33,347 bases of DNA from Candidatus Rokuibacteriota bacterium (GTDB lineage Bacteria > Methylomirabilota > Methylomirabilia > Rokubacteriales > DASRDR01): positions 1 through 33,347 of the forward strand of contig JBIOTN010000173.1 of assembly GCA_044866005.1 (NCBI GenBank). The letters are read 5' to 3'. This document shows positions 28,179 to 33,347 of this stretch, one piece after another. Each line of letters begins with the position of its first letter. Within the stretch, counting starts at the first letter, position 1. The position numbers were made by a program, and so were the translations under genes. The notes beneath the pieces were generated by a model. It searched no databases, was not told the DNA's origin, and saw only the letters and a program-made list of their open reading frames with translations.

Positions 28179-28614
28179 CCCGGATCTGGTCGCCGTGCTC
28201 CTTGTAGTGGTGGGCGGTATTGAGATCGACGATCCGGTAGGCGGTCTTTCCCGGCTCGTACCGGGCCTCGGGCACGCCGTCCGCCGCCGTGAGGAAGTCT
28301 TCGTGCGAGCGATCGAACTCCAGCAGCACCTCGCTGACGGGGGTGCCGCGCTTCAGCGCGACGAACTTCGCGTTCCAGGCGTCCAAGTCGTCGTAGCCCG
28401 CGCCCTCGGGAACCGGCCGCTCGCCCCGCGCCAGGCGCGCCAGGGCGGGCATGAGCTCGCGATGCCAGCCGGACATGTGGGCGACGATGTCCTTGACGCT
28501 CCAGGCGCCGAGCCACACCTCGGTGAGGTGGTCTTCGTTGAGACCGTCGATCGCCTGGTGGAAGGCCATGTATTCCTGGGCCGCCTGCCGCAAGAGTTCC
28601 TGCTTGTGGCTCAT
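28153..28614 (-). CDS. DinB-superfamily four-helix-bundle protein (ClbS/DfsB-like)
   Basis: WSVKDIVAHMSGW, DAWNA, HHYKEH. GGAGG RBS before ATG 28614. Confidence 0.8.
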   Translation of the reverse strand: MSHKQELLRQAAQEYMAFHQAIDGLNEDHLTEVWLGAWSVKDIVAHMSGWHRELMPALARLARGERPVPEGAGYDDLDAWNAKFVALKRGTPVSEVLLEFDRSHEDFLTAADGVPEARYEPGKTAYRIVDLNTAHHYKEHGDQIRAWRTARGL

Positions 28615-28974
28615 CGCCGCGTCCTCCGAACCCCTCCCAGGATAGTCACACGGGCCTTCGCGTCGGGTCAACGTGGTCGTCGCCGGGCCGAGGGCCGTCG
28701 CGCCGCGCCCGACCGACGGGATTGGCCGCCCCGGGCATGCGCGATCCGAGCGTGTCTCTGGCGTGGAGCGAGGGTGCGCCTTGCTGCTCCGGCTTCTCTT
28801 CGGTTATCCTACCCGCGCCCGGCCAGCGTGGTTACCCCTCTGCAGCGTTCGGCCTGCGGAGTCTTCGGTAGCTTCACACGGCCGCGGCAGTCTGGTCTTT
28901 CATCCGCGAAGGGGCCTCGAGCCCATGACCGTCGAGGCGGTGGGCAGTCCTGGACCCACCAAGAGGGGGAGACC

Positions 28975-30264
28975 ATGCGAGCGGCAATGGTTGGGATGCT
29001 TCTGTCCGCGGTCGTGCTGAGCGTCGTGGTGAGCACGTCGGCGTCGGCCCAGGTGACGGTCAACCTTCAAGTGGTGGCCGAGGGGCTCACGGCCCCGATG
29101 ACCCTCGTCTCGCCACCCGACGGCACCAAGCGCCGGTTCATCGTCCAGCAGATCGGGGTCATCAAGATCCTCACGCCGGAGGGGAAGCTCCTCGACGAGC
29201 CGTTCCTGAACATCCGCCACAAGATCGTGCGGCTCTTCGCCGACTTCGACGAGCGGGGCCTGCTGGGCCTGGCGTTTCATCCCGACTTCAAGAACAACGG
29301 GCGCTTCTTCGTCGCCTACAGCGGGTACATCCCCGGCGAGGCGATCCTCGACAAGCATTTCTGGTACTCGCACACGAACTACGTCGCCGAGTTCCGCGTG
29401 GCCAAGGACAACCCCAACAAGGCCGACGTCCTGAGCGAGCGCGTCCTGACCCAGATCGACTGGCCCCAGTTCAACCACAACGGCCACTGGATCGGCTTCG
29501 GGCCGGACGGCTACCTCTACGTCTCGACGGGGGACGGCGGGTACGCCAACGACTGGGGCATCGGGCATCACGTGACGAAGGGCAACGGGCAGGATCTGAT
29601 GTCGCTGCAGGGCAAGATTCTCCGCCTCGACGTGGACAAGCAGCAGCCCTACGCGGTCCCGCCCGACAACCCGTTCGTGGGCCGGAACGACGCGCGACCG
29701 GAGATCTGGGCGTACGGCTTCCGCAACCCCTGGCGCTGCTCCTTCGACATGGCGGGGGATCGCGACCTGTTCTGCGGCGACGTCGGCCAGAACAGCTTCG
29801 AATCGGTCGACATCGTCAAGCGCGGCGGCAACCACGGCTGGCGCGTGAAAGAAGGCCAGCACTGCTTCGACTTCGTCAACCCGAACCGGCACCTCGCGAC
29901 CTGCGAGGACGCCGGCATGACCGACCCGATCCTGGAGTACAACAACTGCAACGTGACCGCGGACTGCAAGGGGATCTCCGTCACCGGCGGCTACGTGTAC
30001 CGCGGCAGCCACGCCCCCTGGCAGGGCAAGTACATCTTCGGGGACTGGAGCAAGTCTTTCGCGGTCAGGGACGGCCATCTCTTCGTGGCGTCGAAGGGGG
30101 GGAGCGGCTGGACGATGGAGGACGCGCGGGTCGGCAACATCTCCGGCTTCAACTCGTACATCCTGGGCTTCGGTCAGGACGCCGACGGCGAAGTCTACAT
30201 CATGACCTCCGACACCACGGGCCCGGTGGGGGGCCTGGACAAAGTCTACAAGATCACGCCATAG
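28975..30264 (+). CDS. Exported glucose/sorbosone (PQQ-type) dehydrogenase-family beta-propeller
   Basis: Signal peptide; DERGLLGLAFHPDF..NGRFFV.YS, NHNG..I.FGPDGYLY.STGDGG, GKILRLDVD, EIWAYGFRNPWRCSFD, SVTGGYVYRG. Confidence 0.9.
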   Translation: MRAAMVGMLLSAVVLSVVVSTSASAQVTVNLQVVAEGLTAPMTLVSPPDGTKRRFIVQQIGVIKILTPEGKLLDEPFLNIRHKIVRLFADFDERGLLGLAFHPDFKNNGRFFVAYSGYIPGEAILDKHFWYSHTNYVAEFRVAKDNPNKADVLSERVLTQIDWPQFNHNGHWIGFGPDGYLYVSTGDGGYANDWGIGHHVTKGNGQDLMSLQGKILRLDVDKQQPYAVPPDNPFVGRNDARPEIWAYGFRNPWRCSFDMAGDRDLFCGDVGQNSFESVDIVKRGGNHGWRVKEGQHCFDFVNPNRHLATCEDAGMTDPILEYNNCNVTADCKGISVTGGYVYRGSHAPWQGKYIFGDWSKSFAVRDGHLFVASKGGSGWTMEDARVGNISGFNSYILGFGQDADGEVYIMTSDTTGPVGGLDKVYKITP

Positions 30265-30388
30265 GCGCGGATCGCGGGCCGGCCCCGGCTCGCGCGGTCG
30301 GCTCGCCCGGCGGCTCACCGCCCCGGGCGGGCCGGCCGCGGGACCGGTGAGGACCGTGGATCCCGCCGCCCGCTGACGGAGGGTCACC

Positions 30389-30742
30389 GTGTTCCGGGCG
30401 ATCGTGCTAGGCGCGCTCGCGCTGGTCGGCCTGGCGCTGCTCCCGTTCGGCTCGAGCGGCCTGGCGCAGAGGAAGGGCGAGTTCACCCGAGAGTTTCTCG
30501 ACGATCCCAGCCGGATCGAGCTGGGGCGAGGGATCTGGGAGAGGCGCTGCAAGTTCTGTCACGGCAGGGCGGCCTATCCCGGCAAAGCCCCGAGGCTGGA
30601 GCCGTCGCGATACACCCCGGGGTTCGTGTACGACCGCGTGGCCAACGGCTTCCAGGCCATGCCCCCGTGGAAGGGGGAGTTCTCGGAGGACGAGCTGCGG
30701 GCGGTCGTCGCGTACGTCCTGAGCAAGGACTTCGCCAATTGA
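30389..30742 (+). CDS. Small monoheme cytochrome c
   Basis: Signal peptide, CKFCH heme-binding motif, AMPPW axial Met, ELRAVVAYV. Confidence 0.88.
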   Translation: MFRAIVLGALALVGLALLPFGSSGLAQRKGEFTREFLDDPSRIELGRGIWERRCKFCHGRAAYPGKAPRLEPSRYTPGFVYDRVANGFQAMPPWKGEFSEDELRAVVAYVLSKDFAN

Positions 30743-30755
30743 CCCTGCTTGCCCG

Positions 30756-31460
30756 ATGCTGACGCGGGTCTCGCCGCCCCTGGTGGGGCTCCTGCGCGAG
30801 CTCGTGGCGTGCCGTGCCGACGCCCCCGCGCGGGAGTGGTTCGCGCAGGCGCTCGCCGCGACGGAGCCGGCAGCCCCGCGGGACGCGTTCCTCGAGGCGT
30901 TCACCGCGGCCGCCCGGCGGCTCGGCAGGGCTCCGCTCCGGCCCGACGGCGACGACCGGAATCGCCTCGCCGCCGCCGGGGTGACGTGGTCCATCGAGCC
31001 GTGGGGGCTCGACGAGCTGGGTCGGATCACGCTGCTGGTGGCCGCGGCGGGCGGGCGGTCCGATGCAGACGTCGAGACGCTGGTGGAGGCGTGCTACCGC
31101 CAGGGCGACGGCCGGGAGCGCCAGGCGGTGCTCCGCGGGCTGCCCCTCCTCCCCGCCCCGGAACGGTTCGTGCCGCTCGCCGTCGAGGCCTGCCGGTCCC
31201 ACGTCCAACCGCTCTTCGAGGCGGTGGCGTGCGAGAACCCCTACCCGGCGGCCCACTTCCCCGAGCTGAACTTCAACCAGATGGTCCTCAAGGCCCTCTT
31301 CACGGGCGTCGCGCTCGAGCGTATCGTGGGGCTGGAAGCCCGGGTGACGCCGGAGCTCGCCCGGATGGCCGCCGCCTACGCGAGTGAGCGCCGGGCGGCC
31401 GGCCGCAGCGTCCCGCCGGACATCGGGCGTCTCACGGGCGAGAGAGGAACCGAGCCATGA
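30756..31460 (+). CDS. eboA: EboA-domain protein
   Basis: W.LDELGR..LL, YRQGD.RERQAVLR.LPLL, FEAVACENPYP..HF....FNQMVLKALF, YA.ERRAAGR.VP. Confidence 0.88.
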   Translation: MLTRVSPPLVGLLRELVACRADAPAREWFAQALAATEPAAPRDAFLEAFTAAARRLGRAPLRPDGDDRNRLAAAGVTWSIEPWGLDELGRITLLVAAAGGRSDADVETLVEACYRQGDGRERQAVLRGLPLLPAPERFVPLAVEACRSHVQPLFEAVACENPYPAAHFPELNFNQMVLKALFTGVALERIVGLEARVTPELARMAAAYASERRAAGRSVPPDIGRLTGERGTEP

Positions 31461-32341
31461 AGCTCTTCGATCCGCACATCCACATGACCTCGCGCACCAC
31501 CATGGATTACGAAGCGATGGCCGCCGCCGGGATCGCGGCCGTCGTCGAGCCGTCCTTCTGGGTCGGTCAGCCCCGCACCCACGTCGGCACGTTCGAGGAC
31601 TACTTCGGCATGCTGCTGGGCTGGGAGCGCTTCCGGGCGAGCCAGTTCGGAGTCCATCACTTCTGCACGCTCTCGCTCAACCCGAAAGAGGCCAACACCC
31701 CGCGCGTCGCCCAGGGCGTGATCGACCTCCTGCCGCGCTACCTCCAGAAGGACGGCGTCGTCGCCGTGGGCGAGATCGGCTACGACGACCTGACGCCGGA
31801 AGAGGACAAGTACTTCGCCGTCCAGCTCGAGCTGGCCCTCCGCTTCGAGCTGCCGGCGCTCGTCCACACGCCGCACCGTGACAAGAAGCGCGGGACCGAG
31901 CGGAGCCTCGCCTTGATCCGGGAGGTCGGCTTCCCCGAGGGTCGCGTCCTGATCGACCACAACACCGAGGAGACCCTGCCGCTCGTCCTCGAGACCGGCT
32001 GCTGGGCGGGCCACTCCATCTATCCCCTCACCAAGATGGACGAGGCGCGGATGGTCGCCCTCGTGAAGCGCCACGGGAGCGAGCGGATCCTGATCAACAG
32101 CGCCGCCGACTGGGGCGTGAGCGACCCGCTCAAGGTGCCCAAGACCGTGGCGCTCATGCGGGAGAGCGGCATCGCGGAGACGGACGTTCGGCGGATCGTC
32201 TGGGACAACCCGGTGACCTTCTTCAGCCAGAGCGGCCGGCTGGACCTGGCCGGGGTCGGCGAGCCGCCGAGCATCGACCAGCGGCAGCTCTTCGAGGGGA
32301 ACTCCGTCCTCCGCGGCCAGACCCCCCTCGTCGGCCGCTGA
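31457..32341 (+). CDS. eboB: TatD-family metallohydrolase of the ebo cluster
   Basis: DPHIHMTSRTT.DYEAM, WERFRASQFG, LNPKEAN, GEIGYD, HTPHRDK, NSAADWG.SDPL.VPKT. ATGA overlap with eboA. Confidence 0.9.
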   Translation: MKLFDPHIHMTSRTTMDYEAMAAAGIAAVVEPSFWVGQPRTHVGTFEDYFGMLLGWERFRASQFGVHHFCTLSLNPKEANTPRVAQGVIDLLPRYLQKDGVVAVGEIGYDDLTPEEDKYFAVQLELALRFELPALVHTPHRDKKRGTERSLALIREVGFPEGRVLIDHNTEETLPLVLETGCWAGHSIYPLTKMDEARMVALVKRHGSERILINSAADWGVSDPLKVPKTVALMRESGIAETDVRRIVWDNPVTFFSQSGRLDLAGVGEPPSIDQRQLFEGNSVLRGQTPLVGR

Positions 32342-32526
32342 GGCCGCGGTCCGGTCGGCACTACCGCCGCCGGTCCGCACCGATGGGTTGGCCCGTCTCG
32401 CCGCGGGTGGCGCCGGCGTCGCCCCGCAGCCGGCCGGGCGTGTGGGACCCCTTCACGCTCCTCCCGCAGTTCGCCAGAACTGCGGGAGGGCGCGAACGGG
32501 TGACGGAGCCCGGCCGGACCGGGGCA

Positions 32527-32670
32527 AGCCGGCGACAGGACCCGCGGCGGGGCGGGCGACATGATCGGTGCTGCGGCGCGCGAGGGAAGCCGGCGCCACC
32601 CGCGGCGGGCTGGCGAGATGCTCGGCGGCCGCGTCATCTGACGGGAGGCCCGCGACAGGACCCGCGGCGG
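32527..32670. repeat. Degenerate ~60-bp tandem repeat (~2.5 copies) between eboB and eboF
   Basis: GCGACAGGACCCGCGGCGG is exact at 32532-32550 and 32652-32670. The middle copy AGCCGGCGCCACCCGCGGCGGGCTGGCGAGATGCTCGG (from 32588) resembles AGCCGGCGACAGGACCCGCGGCGGGGCGGGCGACATGATCGG (from 32527). Confidence 0.7.
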
Positions 32671-32680
32671 CTGAGGCGCC

Positions 32681-33347
32681 ATGCACAAGACCGTCGTCCT
32701 CATCGTCGTCGGCCTGAGCCGAGACCTCCTCGGCGAGGCGACGCCGAACCTGCAGGCGCTGGCGCGGGAGGGCGCGGTGCGCCCGCTGCGGCCGGTGCTC
32801 CCCGCCGTCACCTGCACCGTCCAGTCCACGTTCGCGACGGGCCTCCTGCCGCGCGACCACGGCGCCGTCGCCAATGGCTGGTACTTCCGGGATCAGGCCG
32901 AGGTCTGGCTGTGGCGCCAGTCGAACCGGCTCGTCGCCGGCGAGAAGATCTGGGAGGCGGCGGCGCGGCGCGACTCCGCCTTCACCTGCGCCACGCTCTT
33001 CTGGTGGTACAACATGTACAGCGCGGCGACCTACGCGGTGACGCCGCGCCCGATGTACCCCGCGGACGGGCGCAAGATCCCCGACATCTACACCGAGCCG
33101 CCCGAGCTGCGCGCCGAGCTGACCGCGCGGCTCGGCGCCTTCCCGCTCTTCAACTTCTGGGGGCCGGCGGCCGACCTCGCCTCGAGCCGCTGGATCGCCG
33201 ACTGCGCGCGCCACGTCTACGAGACCAAGCGGCCCACGCTCACGCTCGTCTACCTGCCGCATCTCGACTACAATCTCCAGCGGCTCGGACCCCGGGACCC
33301 CTCGATCGCGCGGGACCTCCGGGCCGTCGACGCGCTCTGTGGCGAGC
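32681..33347 (+). CDS. eboF: Nucleotide pyrophosphatase/phosphodiesterase (alkaline phosphatase superfamily) of the ebo cluster; runs off the window edge
   Basis: Not in the ORF track. Manual translation: MHKTVVLIVVGL...LPAVTCTVQSTFATG..PRDHG.VANGWYFRD..EVWLWRQSN.LV.GEKIWE...LFWWYNMYS...TPRP.YPADGRKIPD...FPLFNFWGP...LVYLPHLDYNLQRLGP. Confidence 0.88.
   Translation, partial: MHKTVVLIVVGLSRDLLGEATPNLQALAREGAVRPLRPVLPAVTCTVQSTFATGLLPRDHGAVANGWYFRDQAEVWLWRQSNRLVAGEKIWEAAARRDSAFTCATLFWWYNMYSAATYAVTPRPMYPADGRKIPDIYTEPPELRAELTARLGAFPLFNFWGPAADLASSRWIADCARHVYETKRPTLTLVYLPHLDYNLQRLGPRDPSIARDLRAVDALCGE

Noticed and set aside
28673..29020. Small ORFs upstream of the PQQ-type dehydrogenase
   Set aside because: No motifs or RBS; the region is best explained as a divergent promoter region.
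32527..32670. Mini CRISPR array
   Set aside because: Only two exact 19-bp copies, the intervening sequences resemble each other, and no cas genes are in the window.

Overview
High-GC bacterial window. The gene content (zinc-ribbon/cyclase/AAA/TPR protein, orphan Tat-exported peptide-binding protein, form I CODH) suggests a Rokubacteria-like soil bacterium, but that is inference only. From left to right: a partial CoA-transferase; a form I aerobic CO dehydrogenase operon (coxM-S-L plus an XdhC-YHS maturation gene, minus strand); a DppA-like binding protein; then an ~11 kb type I restriction-modification locus (hsdR-hicB-hicA*-hsdS'...'hsdS-hsdM). Its hsdS is split by a 5,015-bp IS3-family element (11003-16017) that carries, between its own inverted repeats, a 1,127-aa zinc-ribbon/class III nucleotidyl cyclase/STAND-type ATPase/TPR passenger gene. 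The rest is mostly housekeeping or accessory metabolism: ComDE-like ThDP decarboxylase, FKBP PPIase, VOC protein, RidA-family protein, ilvE, a MoxR-DUF58-transglutaminase operon, amidase, DinB-like protein, PQQ-type sugar dehydrogenase with cytochrome c, and a partial ebo cluster (eboA, eboB, eboF). The most notable item is the cargo-carrying IS3 element with atypical ends and no target duplication, which places an NLR-like cyclase inside a disrupted restriction-modification operon. All assignments come from reading motifs by eye; no database searches were run.
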